This document shows, piece after piece, positions 37,490 through 47,652 of a stretch of 64,000 nucleotides of DNA. The position numbers and the translations under genes are program-made. The DNA comes from a virus: the IMG/VR virus record IMGVR_UViG_3300021961_008712, positions 96,001 to 160,000 of that record; one strand, written 5' to 3'. The notes under the pieces were generated by a model, which saw only the letters and a program-made list of their open reading frames with translations, had not been told where the DNA came from and searched no databases. Within the stretch, counting starts at the first letter, position 1; every line of letters begins with the position of its first letter.

Positions 37490-37714
37490 ATGACACAAGC
37501 TATTAAATTCGTCACAACCCCTTTCATTGAAATATATGAAGAAATTTTCAAACAGCCAACTTTAGGCTTAAAAATCTTACAAAGTCTTATATTCCTCTGG
37601 GTAACAGGATTATTTTTACTCTTTGTTGTCGGATGGACAACATTAGTAGTCGCTATGATTATTGGTAAAGCTGATTTTAGTAACGCTACGTTTGGGGTAT
37701 TTGATTACCTGTGA
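37490..37714 (+). CDS. small membrane protein
   Basis: Long hydrophobic segment. Confidence 0.65.
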   Translation: MTQAIKFVTTPFIEIYEEIFKQPTLGLKILQSLIFLWVTGLFLLFVVGWTTLVVAMIIGKADFSNATFGVFDYL

Positions 37715-38433
37715 TTAAATACATTACTACAGTACTGCTTGCGGTATTATCCTGTAGTAGTACTTTTGCCCAAGTTGTCGGGAAAACAACAACGGAGTCT
37801 TATCAATCTGACTTTGAAAAAAAAGCCTCAATATATTCAATACCAGAATACAATGGTGAACCCGTTCCTGTTGCTCTCCTAGACATAGGTGTATCAGAAG
37901 AAGTTTTAAATCAGTACCCAGAACTTAGAGACGGTAGAGTAGGTCTTGGACTTACTAATATTACTGTTGCATTCTTAGATGAAACCTTTAGATTCGAATT
38001 TGTAGAAACTAGAGAAGAAATCAAAGATAGAATGGTAACGCAGTATAAGGCATCTCAAAAAGGGTTTACTGCAAACCAAACTAATATAGTTGGTAAAATT
38101 ACATTAGCTAAATACTTCTGCTATGTAGAGGTATATGACTACTCTGTATCTGAAGATGAAACTGTAAACTTAAAAGACGGTATAGAAAATACTTTAGTAA
38201 CAAGATTAGGACTACAAGTTCGTATGGTTGATGCTGAAACAGGATTATATATGACTGGTTCAGGATTAGGAGATGCGATTACTAAGAGAGAACTGACATT
38301 CTTAAACGATTCCAATTTAGATGAAGTACAATTTAACTCTTCATCAGTAGGTGTTGCTACTAGAAAAGCTCTAGAAACAGCAGTAGCTAAAATTGTAAAA
38401 AGAATGATTCAGAAGAAAGTCTTTGATCATTAA
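37711..38433 (+). CDS. CsgG/HfaB-family protein
   Basis: Signal peptide; RFEFVETRE; GLQVRMVDAETG; ATRKALETAV. Confidence 0.72.
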   Translation: MIKYITTVLLAVLSCSSTFAQVVGKTTTESYQSDFEKKASIYSIPEYNGEPVPVALLDIGVSEEVLNQYPELRDGRVGLGLTNITVAFLDETFRFEFVETREEIKDRMVTQYKASQKGFTANQTNIVGKITLAKYFCYVEVYDYSVSEDETVNLKDGIENTLVTRLGLQVRMVDAETGLYMTGSGLGDAITKRELTFLNDSNLDEVQFNSSSVGVATRKALETAVAKIVKRMIQKKVFDH

Positions 38434-38438
38434 TTGTT

Positions 38439-39941
38439 ATGAGAAGGTTACTACTCGTTTTATTATTTGCTGCAATAGGTACGGGCAAGAGCTATTCACA
38501 GGCTCTTGTCCAAACCTACGTAGATAGATGTACAGGACAAGTACACGTTTTTTCTGTACCTATGACCGGTCAAACAGTAGTAGCTTTTTATAATAAATCC
38601 AGAACTTTTACTGCTCAAGAATTTACTGACGGTACCTTACAGGCATGGTTAGAACAAACCTATCAGTGGTGGTCTGCATTATCTCCTTGTTCTACAAATC
38701 AAGCTAACACTACAACAACTCAACAAACCACAACACAGGCAACTAGTCAAGCAACAACCGCAGCAACTAATGCTACTCAAAATACTACAACAAATGCAAC
38801 AACAGGATCAACAAACACAAACAGTACAGCAACCACTGGAGGAACTTCCTCAGGGGACACCAGTTCCGGAAGTACAGGAAGCGGAACTGAAAGTGGGTCT
38901 TCTAACTCGAATTCGGGTTCAAGCTCTTCAGATACAGGTGGTACTTCTGGAGATGGTAATAGCGGGGATGGAGGTTCATCCGGAGACGGAGGAGGCTCTA
39001 GCGGAGAAGAAGGCTCTGGTGGAGGAGAAGAAACTAAAAATGAAGAATCTAATGAACAAAAGTCTGAAGAAAGCTCTGAAGAAAGCTCTGAAGAAAAAGA
39101 AGAAGTAGAAAAAGAAGAGAGTTCAGAAGAAGAAGAAGAAAAGAAAGAAGAATCATCGGAAGACTCCTCAGAAGAAGAAGAAAAGAAAGAAGAAAAGAAA
39201 AAGAAATTAGCTCCTCCAGTCATAGCTGCTAACTTAGTAACAATGTCCATGCTTGATGGTACTTTATCTCAAGCAGCATCTTTTGGGTATTCTCAATCAT
39301 CTCTTACAGGTCTAGATACCTATAACGTAAATGGAATGTTATGGTCAAACCTTCAACAATACAGTATCAACCTATCTAAAAGCCATGTATTTTTCAACTA
39401 TGATAAACCGAGAGAAGTTAAAATTAAAAATGCTTTTGGAGAAGAAGAAATTTTAGGAACAGTACTTGAAAGAGGTTCTATTCTCAAGGTTCAATCTATA
39501 TCTGCAGGATACATGAAAATGTTTACTACTGATATCATAACAGTAGGAATTAGTGATGTATTCTTAGGACAAAAAGATAACTTCTGGAAAGGTTTTGCAG
39601 GAGGATGGGCATTTACTGGAATGGTAATGTTCATGGATGAAGTTAACCCCTTATTTACATCAGCTATAACAGTGTTTGGTACTAAACCATTCATTGTACC
39701 TTTCTACAAAAGACTAACCGTAGCACCAATGTTAGCATATTCAGCTACGCCCTTAACGGTGGATCTTAAAACTAGACAGGGATATTATGATATCAATGGC
39801 TCATATGTAATTGGTAGCAATTTTGACTTTAACCTTACTCAGAGATTTAAAGCTAATATAGGGTTTACTACAATTGGTTCAACTATTAAGGACGTTCCAC
39901 TGAGCTGGGCTATTACGGTTGGCTCTAGATTCGCTTTTTAG
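38439..39941 (+). CDS. secreted protein with T/S/G/E-rich linker and C-terminal outer-membrane beta-barrel
   Basis: Signal peptide, long low-complexity stalk, amphipathic strands ending GSRFAF (beta-signal-like). Confidence 0.7.
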   Translation: MRRLLLVLLFAAIGTGKSYSQALVQTYVDRCTGQVHVFSVPMTGQTVVAFYNKSRTFTAQEFTDGTLQAWLEQTYQWWSALSPCSTNQANTTTTQQTTTQATSQATTAATNATQNTTTNATTGSTNTNSTATTGGTSSGDTSSGSTGSGTESGSSNSNSGSSSSDTGGTSGDGNSGDGGSSGDGGGSSGEEGSGGGEETKNEESNEQKSEESSEESSEEKEEVEKEESSEEEEEKKEESSEDSSEEEEKKEEKKKKLAPPVIAANLVTMSMLDGTLSQAASFGYSQSSLTGLDTYNVNGMLWSNLQQYSINLSKSHVFFNYDKPREVKIKNAFGEEEILGTVLERGSILKVQSISAGYMKMFTTDIITVGISDVFLGQKDNFWKGFAGGWAFTGMVMFMDEVNPLFTSAITVFGTKPFIVPFYKRLTVAPMLAYSATPLTVDLKTRQGYYDINGSYVIGSNFDFNLTQRFKANIGFTTIGSTIKDVPLSWAITVGSRFAF

Positions 39942-39986
39942 AACTATTTATATTAAAGTAAGTTTCACTAATTAAATTCGTTACAT

Positions 39987-40250
39987 ATGTTAAAACGTAT
40001 AAAAACTTCAATTAGAAACATTATGGCATTTAAAGAAATTTTTAAAGACAATAACGACTACAACGAAAAAACCGTAATCGGTTTTATGTCGTTCGCAATA
40101 ATGGTAATTTTTGCCTTTGCAGATATTATCACAGGTTTTGTTGGTAAAGATTTAGTAGTACAAGAATTTATTTATAATTCCTTTACTATTATTACTTTAG
40201 GTAGCTTTGGTATTGCTGGATTAGAAAAATTTGCAGGTAAAAAAGAATAA
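39987..40250 (+). CDS. putative holin (2 TM)
   Basis: Two TM helices, basic C-terminus, directly before the endolysin. Confidence 0.55.
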   Translation: MLKRIKTSIRNIMAFKEIFKDNNDYNEKTVIGFMSFAIMVIFAFADIITGFVGKDLVVQEFIYNSFTIITLGSFGIAGLEKFAGKKE

Positions 40251-40262
40251 ACTAAACTAACT

Positions 40263-41186
40263 ATGTTGTTAAAAATTGGCTCAAAAGGAGAACTTGTAAA
40301 GGACGTACAAGAGGTAGTTGGTGTTACAGCCGATGGTCACTTTGGTCCTGGTACGGAAGCTGCAGTAAAAAAATGGCAAGCAGCTAATGGATTGACTGCC
40401 GATGGATTAGTAGGAAGGGGAACGTTAGGTAAAATGGGCTTAGCCGATACTGATGCCTCATTAGCCGTAGAAGCTTCAACTAAACCTACTGGAAACTATA
40501 CTAAAAATAAGTACACTACATCAAACGGATTAGAAGTAGTAGAGTATTTTATGCCTAGTGATGAATATTTACCTGGCCCAGTAAAACCTGAGTGGGTATT
40601 TTTACACCATACTGCCGGATGGCATAACCCTTACCAGACAGTTAAAGCTTGGGATGCTGATACTATTGGAAAAATAGCTACTGAGTTTGTAATGGGTGGA
40701 CCGTCAGTTAAAGGAAATGATGATCAATACGACGGAGAAATGGTACAAGCATTTCCGGCTGGCAATTGGGGCTACCATTTAGGTAAAAACGGTTCTCAAA
40801 CTATGCATAAAAATTCTGTAGGTATAGAAGTATGTAACTTTGGATACGTAGTTAATGGAAAGACATATGCTGGAGCATCTGTTGATTCTTCACAGATAGT
40901 TAAATTAGCTAAACCTTTCCGCGGACATACAGATTGGCATAGATACTCAGATAAGCAAATAGAGGTATTGCAAAAATGGATACTTTGGATTGCAGAAAGA
41001 GACAGCATAGATGTACGAGCAGGACTTCCTGCTTTGATTAAAAAGAATGGAGCAGACGCTTTTGAATTCAACGAAGATGCTTATTATGGAAAAGTAAAAG
41101 GTCTGTGGACTCATACTAATACACGTAAAGATAAAGTAGACATGTTCCCTCAACAGGAATTAATGGACATGTTAGTTGGATTGTAA
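40263..41186 (+). CDS. endolysin: PG-binding domain plus Zn N-acetylmuramoyl-L-alanine amidase
   Basis: ADGHFGPGT/ADGLVG repeats; LHHTAG, SVGIEV, H...KVD. Confidence 0.9.
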   Translation: MLLKIGSKGELVKDVQEVVGVTADGHFGPGTEAAVKKWQAANGLTADGLVGRGTLGKMGLADTDASLAVEASTKPTGNYTKNKYTTSNGLEVVEYFMPSDEYLPGPVKPEWVFLHHTAGWHNPYQTVKAWDADTIGKIATEFVMGGPSVKGNDDQYDGEMVQAFPAGNWGYHLGKNGSQTMHKNSVGIEVCNFGYVVNGKTYAGASVDSSQIVKLAKPFRGHTDWHRYSDKQIEVLQKWILWIAERDSIDVRAGLPALIKKNGADAFEFNEDAYYGKVKGLWTHTNTRKDKVDMFPQQELMDMLVGL

Positions 41187-41210
41187 AAGATTTATTACTA
41201 TATTAATTAT

Positions 41211-41579
41211 ATGAAGAACAAAGGTATATTAGGATACATGCTGTTCATGGTACTTGGTATCGTGGTAGCATGGTTGTATTTTAACCAAACTAAGATAGAT
41301 ATTGATATTGAGTCTTATGAAACTCAAATTAATATACTCCGAGAAGAGGTTGACTCCCTATCCGCTAAGAATGATAGCTTACAAATAGAAGCTGTATCGT
41401 TAAAAGGAAAACTAAACGAATACGATACGAAAATTAAAACTCTTAATACTAGAATATATGTTATCAAACAAGAAACTCAAGTTAAGCTTGATGCTATTGA
41501 TCAGTTTGGTGATGACGAGCTCGAGCGCTTTTTCGCAGAACGCTACGCTGCCGACTCAATCGCTAACGGACAGCAGTAA
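41211..41579 (+). CDS. TM plus coiled-coil protein (i-spanin-like)
   Basis: N-terminal TM, heptad coil, follows the endolysin. Confidence 0.55.
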   Translation: MKNKGILGYMLFMVLGIVVAWLYFNQTKIDIDIESYETQINILREEVDSLSAKNDSLQIEAVSLKGKLNEYDTKIKTLNTRIYVIKQETQVKLDAIDQFGDDELERFFAERYAADSIANGQQ

Positions 41580-41907
41580 AATACAGCTCACAAAGCCTAT
41601 TGCTAGATTAGTGATAAAGGACTTGGTGAAGTATGACGGTACATTATTGCAGCTACAAACATTGCAGCAAATTATAGAAGAAACTAATAGTAAGTTACTT
41701 ACTCAATCTGATTTAGTTACAAATCTAGAGTTTCAAATTGTAAATTACAATTCGCAAATCAGAGCATTAGACGATCAAATTAGATTAGAAGTTCAATTGA
41801 GACAAGAGTTTGAAAAAGTACTTAAGCGGGAGAAAAGGAAGTCAGCTATTTATAAAGTAACATCTATCGTAGGTGCTACAGCTACTCTCTTACTTCTAGT
41901 AAAATGA
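41458..41907 (+). CDS. overlapping coiled-coil protein with signal peptide and C-terminal TM (spanin-like partner)
   Basis: Overlaps the previous gene out of frame; SAFSQ cleavage-like site. Confidence 0.5.
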   Translation: MLSNKKLKLSLMLLISLVMTSSSAFSQNATLPTQSLTDSSKIQLTKPIARLVIKDLVKYDGTLLQLQTLQQIIEETNSKLLTQSDLVTNLEFQIVNYNSQIRALDDQIRLEVQLRQEFEKVLKREKRKSAIYKVTSIVGATATLLLLVK

Positions 41908-43019
41908 TTAAAAGATTAAAAGCAAACATTTTTCCATCGATAATAGCTCTTTCAGCATTATCGGTCTCTTTATCTGCAGCATTTTATTCTGTTAGTGGAC
42001 TATCAAAACTATTTGCCGGAGCTAGCTTTGAAGTAATAATAATGGCTGCCTCTTTAGAAGTAGCTAAATTAGTTATTGCATCCCTACTATACCAGTATTG
42101 GGACACGTTGAATAAACTTCTCAGAACGTATCTTACTGTATCTGCTGCAGTATTAGTATTGATTACTAGTATGGGTATATATGGATTTTTGAGTGCGGCA
42201 TATCAAGAATCATACTCTAAACTTAATGTCAGTTTAAACGAAATTTCGTTTCTTGAAAGTAAAGCTAAATTCTATGAGGATGATGTTATAAGATACGATG
42301 CTGAGCTTGAAAGAATATCTAACAATATAGGTACTTTATCATCTGCTAAATCTCAACAAATTCAATATACTGATGCAGATGGAACAGTTAGAAACACTGT
42401 ATCAACTGCAGAACTAAGACTAGCACAGTCTCGTATTGCAACTGAAGAGGTAAACAGACAAGAAGTAAACAAAAAGCGAACGATTGCTGCTGATAGTCTA
42501 CAGAAGTATAGAGTTGAAATATTAGAACTTCAAAACAATTCAGAACTTGCCGCAGAGTTAGGCCCACTGCAATACCTTTCCGGACTTACCGGAGCTCCAA
42601 TGGATAAAATTATTAATATTTTACTGTTGGTTATAATATTTGTATTTGATCCTTTAGCTATATCATTGGTAGTAGCAGCAAACTTTGCATTTGATCAAGC
42701 CAATAAAAAGAACCTCTATAATGAGTATGAAGATGAAATAGAGCCTGATTTATGGGATGATGAGCCATGGGAAGATGATTTACCAGATGAAGCTAACGGT
42801 AACGAAGGAGAACATTATGATATAGATATTAATGATGTAGAACTTAAAGTTAGCGATGATTGGCAAATTCGTAATGAAGATGATACAGAAATTACTGAAA
42901 AAAAAGTAAAAAGAGTTTTACAGAAGACACCTACTAGAAAAAGAGTTGAATTTACTGACGGCTCAGAAGGGTGGGTTAATAAAGCAGATGAAAATGACAA
43001 CAAAATTACTTACTTCTAG
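41904..43019 (+). CDS. multi-TM coiled-coil membrane protein
   Basis: Three N-terminal TMs, long coil, IIFVFDPLAI TM, acidic tail. Confidence 0.75.
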   Translation: MIKRLKANIFPSIIALSALSVSLSAAFYSVSGLSKLFAGASFEVIIMAASLEVAKLVIASLLYQYWDTLNKLLRTYLTVSAAVLVLITSMGIYGFLSAAYQESYSKLNVSLNEISFLESKAKFYEDDVIRYDAELERISNNIGTLSSAKSQQIQYTDADGTVRNTVSTAELRLAQSRIATEEVNRQEVNKKRTIAADSLQKYRVEILELQNNSELAAELGPLQYLSGLTGAPMDKIINILLLVIIFVFDPLAISLVVAANFAFDQANKKNLYNEYEDEIEPDLWDDEPWEDDLPDEANGNEGEHYDIDINDVELKVSDDWQIRNEDDTEITEKKVKRVLQKTPTRKRVEFTDGSEGWVNKADENDNKITYF

Positions 43020-43078
43020 TAGGTTTATAACAAGTTTGTTCGTATATTAAATTTTAAGTTATAATAAAAAGGTAAATA

Positions 43079-43297
43079 ATGGCACAGTTTAGAGTTATTC
43101 GTATGCTCGAAAAGACCTTCGAAGCACAGAAAGAAAGGGCGCTACTCACTTTAGAACTTCTTACCGAACATCCCGCAGGTATAGGAGATCACTCTACTCA
43201 AGATTTTTATAATAATGCAGAAGAAGCAATTAAAGCGTTGGCAGAAGCCGATGACGTTTTACAAGCAATTTCTAATTACTTCGGAGACAATGTCTGA
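43079..43297 (+). CDS. hypothetical phage protein
   Basis: PAGIGDHS motif; has its own promoter. Confidence 0.7.
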   Translation: MAQFRVIRMLEKTFEAQKERALLTLELLTEHPAGIGDHSTQDFYNNAEEAIKALAEADDVLQAISNYFGDNV

Positions 43298-43676
43298 TAG
43301 AGAAATTATGAATGCAAAGAGGGGCATACCAGGTAAGTACCCTACAGCAGTAGAAACGTTAAAAAACGAATATCCAACAATCTATAATGGATATAAACAG
43401 ATTATTGATGAACAGTTTGAACTGTTTGCTAAAAAGCATTTAGACTACGGTATGGGAAATATCTCAGCTGGTACTGAGCTATCTAACGCTCAAGAAAAAG
43501 AGTTTGCTATGACAGGTTTATGGTATAGACTTTCAGATAAGATCAATAGATGGAAGAATATGATCATAACGAATAGAGGTCCACAAAACGAATCTCTTTT
43601 AGATACTTTTCAAGACATTACAAACTACGGAATTATTGCTCAATTAGTACATAAGGGCATGTGGAAGAAAGACTAA
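43290..43676 (+). CDS. nucleotide-modification-associated domain 1 (DUF1599-like) protein
   Basis: KKHLDYG, RLSDKINR, ESLLDTFQDITNYGII; likely start ATG 43290. Confidence 0.75.
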   Translation: MSDREIMNAKRGIPGKYPTAVETLKNEYPTIYNGYKQIIDEQFELFAKKHLDYGMGNISAGTELSNAQEKEFAMTGLWYRLSDKINRWKNMIITNRGPQNESLLDTFQDITNYGIIAQLVHKGMWKKD

Positions 43677-43770
43677 GTTCTGGTTGGAATTCTGCTAAAA
43701 ATTTCGTATCTTATGTGTAAGATTAAGTGCTAGGGCTATATCAAGCGTTGGCTAGTATAAACTAATATTA

Positions 43771-44691
43771 ATGGTTATGGCCAAAAAATTATCGGGTAAA
43801 GTAAAAGAAGTTTGGGAAAGTAAGATTAAACAAACTCCTTCTCAATACACCCATATTTCATATAGCTCTCTTAGTACATATAGTAAATGTCCTAAACTAT
43901 GGGAACTTCAATACCTTCGCAATGTTGTTCCCTTCACTCAGTCTATCTATACCTGTTTTGGTACTGCAATGCATGAAACTATTCAAGAATGGTTAACTGT
44001 AATGTACCACGAATCAGTTAAAGCCGCTAATGCTATAGATTTAGATAAGTTACTATATGCTAATATGGTCAAAGCATATAAGATTGGAAAAGCTCAAATG
44101 GGACACGAACACTTTTCGTCAGCAGATGAGCTTAATCAATTCTTTATAGACGGTAAACATATACTTGACTTCTTAAAAAAGAAACGCTCAGCATACTTCA
44201 GTAGTAAAACTATGATGCTTGCAGGTGTAGAGACCTTACTATATCAAGAGTTACGTCCTGGTGTAGCATTCAAAGGACTTGTAGATTTAGTATTCTATAA
44301 TCCTAATAGTGATTCATGGACTATTATGGATATTAAAACCTCTACAATGGGCTGGCGTGATAATCAGAAGAAAAATCCTAATGTAACAGCACAAGTTATT
44401 CTTTATAAGGAGTTCTTTTCTAAGCAATTCGATATAGATAAATCTAAGATAGACGTTCAGTACTTTATAGTAAAACGTAGAGTTCCTGCAGAAGCTGATT
44501 TCCCTGCCATGACCAAACGTGTACAGGAATTCTCTCCTGCTGCAGGTCCTAGAAAGTCTAAGCAAGTACTAGACTTACTGAATAAGTTTATTGATGACGT
44601 AGTTGCTGATGATGGTTCCTTTATAGATAAAGAATATAAATGTAATAATCCATTAGGAAAATGTTCTGATTGTAGCCCTTTTTTAAATTAA
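43771..44691 (+). CDS. PD-(D/E)XK exonuclease (RecB/Cas4-like)
   Basis: SYSSL..YSKCP, FGTAMH, E...GLVD...IMDIKT, C-terminal Cys. Confidence 0.85.
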   Translation: MVMAKKLSGKVKEVWESKIKQTPSQYTHISYSSLSTYSKCPKLWELQYLRNVVPFTQSIYTCFGTAMHETIQEWLTVMYHESVKAANAIDLDKLLYANMVKAYKIGKAQMGHEHFSSADELNQFFIDGKHILDFLKKKRSAYFSSKTMMLAGVETLLYQELRPGVAFKGLVDLVFYNPNSDSWTIMDIKTSTMGWRDNQKKNPNVTAQVILYKEFFSKQFDIDKSKIDVQYFIVKRRVPAEADFPAMTKRVQEFSPAAGPRKSKQVLDLLNKFIDDVVADDGSFIDKEYKCNNPLGKCSDCSPFLN

Positions 44692-44728
44692 AGACTATTT
44701 ATATATAAATATATAAGTATATATAGTT

Positions 44729-44926
44729 ATGAAAGAAGAGAAACTTACATCAGTAAAAATTACACAGCCATTATTTGACGAGTTTAAAATGGCATCCTTA
44801 CAGAACAACTTTTCGTTTAAAAAGCTTGCAGATAGAGCAATTTTTCTTTATCTTACTAATAAGGAATTCCGTGAATTAATTCATAAACAAACAAATTTAA
44901 AATTAAAAGTTACGAATGAAAGATAA
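44729..44926 (+). CDS. small ribbon-helix-helix-like protein
   Basis: LTSVKI strand followed by two helices. Confidence 0.55.
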   Translation: MKEEKLTSVKITQPLFDEFKMASLQNNFSFKKLADRAIFLYLTNKEFRELIHKQTNLKLKVTNER

Positions 44927-46358
44927 GTTTTTACCTTTACCGAAAAACGAGCGTAAAAAAATCTTACTGCTGTGTGATGATATAAGAATGCATTCTGGTA
45001 TCGGTACAATGGCAAGAGAATTTGTGCTTGGTACAGCACACCATTTCAACTGGTTTAATGTTGGAGCAGCAATTAAACACGGAGATAAAGGTAAAGTATT
45101 AGACCTTTCAGAAGACATTAACAAGACATTAGGAATGACTGATGCAGATGTTAGGGTTCTTCCTTATGATGGGTATGGTGATCCAATGCTTATACGTACG
45201 CTTCTTAAGCAGGAAAAACCAGATGCTATTTTTATCTTTACAGATCCTAGATACTGGGTATGGTTATTTGAAATAGAAAGAGAAGTTCGAACTCAAGTAC
45301 CTATTATATGGTTAAATATTTGGGATGATTATCCCGCTCCTAATTACAATAAACATTATTACGATTCAGTTGATGCTTTATTAGCAATCTCTCAACAAAC
45401 TCAAGTAATTAATGAATTAGTATTAAAAGAAAAAATAGATACAAAAATCTCAGAATATATTCCTCACGGTATTAATCATGAACTTTTCAAACCTATTGAG
45501 GATAAGAATTCAAAAGAGTTTTTAGATTTTAAGAATGGAGTACTACATAATAAAGATTATGATTTTATAGTATTCTTCAATTCTAGAAACATTCATAGAA
45601 AAAGACCAGGAGACGTAATACTATCTTATAGAATGTTCTGTGATATGATAGGCAAAGAGAAAGCAGCTAAGTGTGCTCTTATAATGCATACGGCTTCTGT
45701 GGATCCTAACGGTACAGACTTAAATGCAGTCAAAGCAGCTATATGCCCTCCAGATTACGTAAACGTATATTTTTCTCAGAGCAAGATTAACCCTGCTCAA
45801 ATGAATGGCCTATATAACTTAGCTGATTTAACTCTTCTCATTTCCTCTAACGAAGGTTGGGGGCTATCATTAACTGAATCAATGATGGCAGGTACTATGA
45901 TTGCAGCTAATGTAACAGGAGGAATGCAAGATCAAATGAGATTCGAAGATGATAATGGTAACTGGGTTAAGCTATCTAAAGACTTTCCTTCTAACCATAG
46001 AGGTACGTATAAGAAGTGTGGTGCTTGGGCTGAGCCTATTTTTCCTAATAACATTTCATTAGCAGGTTCTCCTCCTACACCGTATATTTTTGATGATAGA
46101 TGCTCACCAGAAGACACTGCTAAAGCTATTTTAAATGTTTATGTATTATCTCCTGAAGAGAGAAACGAAAGAGGATTAAAAGGTAGAGAGTGGGCTATGT
46201 CTGAAGAAGCAGGCTTCACAGGAGAGAAAATGAGTAATAGAATTATTAATGCTGTGGATAAAAGTATTGAATCGTTTGTACCTAGGTCTAATTTTGATTT
46301 AGTTATTGCCGATGAAAGACCCTCAGTAATGGTTGAACATAAATTAGCAGGTTATTGA
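44916..46358 (+). CDS. glycosyltransferase family 4
   Basis: PHGI, RNIHRKR, NEGWGLSLTESM. Confidence 0.88.
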   Translation: MKDKFLPLPKNERKKILLLCDDIRMHSGIGTMAREFVLGTAHHFNWFNVGAAIKHGDKGKVLDLSEDINKTLGMTDADVRVLPYDGYGDPMLIRTLLKQEKPDAIFIFTDPRYWVWLFEIEREVRTQVPIIWLNIWDDYPAPNYNKHYYDSVDALLAISQQTQVINELVLKEKIDTKISEYIPHGINHELFKPIEDKNSKEFLDFKNGVLHNKDYDFIVFFNSRNIHRKRPGDVILSYRMFCDMIGKEKAAKCALIMHTASVDPNGTDLNAVKAAICPPDYVNVYFSQSKINPAQMNGLYNLADLTLLISSNEGWGLSLTESMMAGTMIAANVTGGMQDQMRFEDDNGNWVKLSKDFPSNHRGTYKKCGAWAEPIFPNNISLAGSPPTPYIFDDRCSPEDTAKAILNVYVLSPEERNERGLKGREWAMSEEAGFTGEKMSNRIINAVDKSIESFVPRSNFDLVIADERPSVMVEHKLAGY

Positions 46359-46359
46359 T

Positions 46360-47652
46360 ATGAATAAAACAAGAATAACAGTCAGTTGTCCAATAGATAC
46401 ATATTCTGGATATGGAGCAAGATCAAGAGACCTAGTTAAAGCTATTCTTGCTACAGGCAAGTATGATGTTACGATTTTAAGCCAACGTTGGGGTAATACT
46501 AGATTTGGATATCTAAAAGACCATAATGAACAAGAATTACAGAGTTTAATTATACCAAACCTATCCGCTCAACCTGAAGTATGGATCCAGATTACTGTTC
46601 CAAACGAGTTTCAGCCTGTTGGTAAATATAATATTGGTGTAACTGCAGGCATAGAAACAACCTTATGTCATCATACATGGATTGAAGGATGTAATAGAAT
46701 GAATCTAATTTTAACATCTTCTAATCACTCTATGAAGGTATTCCAAGAAGCTAAGATAGATATTTTAGACCCTAAAACAAATCAGAAAATTAAGGAACTT
46801 ACATTAGAAAAACCTATTGAAGTATTATTAGAAGGAGTTGATACAACTAAATATTTTCCAACTAAAGATTCCTCAACATCTGAAGTTGCTACTGCATTGG
46901 GTTCTATTAAAGAACAGTTCTGTTATTTAGCTGTAGGTCATTGGATGCAAGGAGACTTTGGACACGATAGAAAGAATATCGGCTATACAGTTAAATCGTT
47001 CCTAGAATCATTTAAAAATAAACAAGTTAAACCAGCATTAATTCTTAAAACTAGCCAGGCTAACTCTTCAATATTAGATAGAGAAAGAATTTTAGACAAG
47101 ATAGATGCAATTAAAAAAACAGTTAAAGGTACTTTACCTAATGTGTACTTACTTCACGGAGAGATATCTGATGAAGATATGAATACTCTCTATAATCATC
47201 CTAAAGTAAAAGTGATGGTAAGCCACACTAAAGGTGAAGGGTATGGCAGGCCTTTAGCTGAATTTGCTGCAGTAGGGAAACCTATCATAGCATCAGGTTG
47301 GTCAGGACAAACAGACTTTTTACATAGAGAAGAGAGTATACTAATAGGAGGTCAATTAGAAAAACTGCACCCATCCTCAGTACAAAAAGATATACTACTA
47401 GCAGAGTCTATGTGGTTTACTCCTAGTGATGTAGATGTTAATAAGGCCTATAAGCAGACGTATAAACACTATAAAGATTGTATAGCAGGTGCTAGAAAAC
47501 AGAAAAGAAGAATTCTTGATGGATTTACTTTCGAAAAAATGCAACAAATTCTTGATGAGATTCTAGATAAAAATATTCCTGAATTTCCTAAAGAGATTAA
47601 GTTGACATTACCAAAATTAGATTTACCTAAATTAGAAAAAATAGATGGATAA
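46360..47652 (+). CDS. glycosyltransferase family 4
   Basis: SGYG, RKN, GEGYGRPLAE. Confidence 0.88.
   Translation: MNKTRITVSCPIDTYSGYGARSRDLVKAILATGKYDVTILSQRWGNTRFGYLKDHNEQELQSLIIPNLSAQPEVWIQITVPNEFQPVGKYNIGVTAGIETTLCHHTWIEGCNRMNLILTSSNHSMKVFQEAKIDILDPKTNQKIKELTLEKPIEVLLEGVDTTKYFPTKDSSTSEVATALGSIKEQFCYLAVGHWMQGDFGHDRKNIGYTVKSFLESFKNKQVKPALILKTSQANSSILDRERILDKIDAIKKTVKGTLPNVYLLHGEISDEDMNTLYNHPKVKVMVSHTKGEGYGRPLAEFAAVGKPIIASGWSGQTDFLHREESILIGGQLEKLHPSSVQKDILLAESMWFTPSDVDVNKAYKQTYKHYKDCIAGARKQKRRILDGFTFEKMQQILDEILDKNIPEFPKEIKLTLPKLDLPKLEKIDG

Noticed and set aside
39040-39205. GAA-rich tandem repeats
   Set aside because: Explained by the Glu/Ser/Lys-rich linker of the beta-barrel protein.
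43771-44691. Cas4 or CRISPR system
   Set aside because: Solo PD-(D/E)XK nuclease typical of phages; no array or other cas genes.
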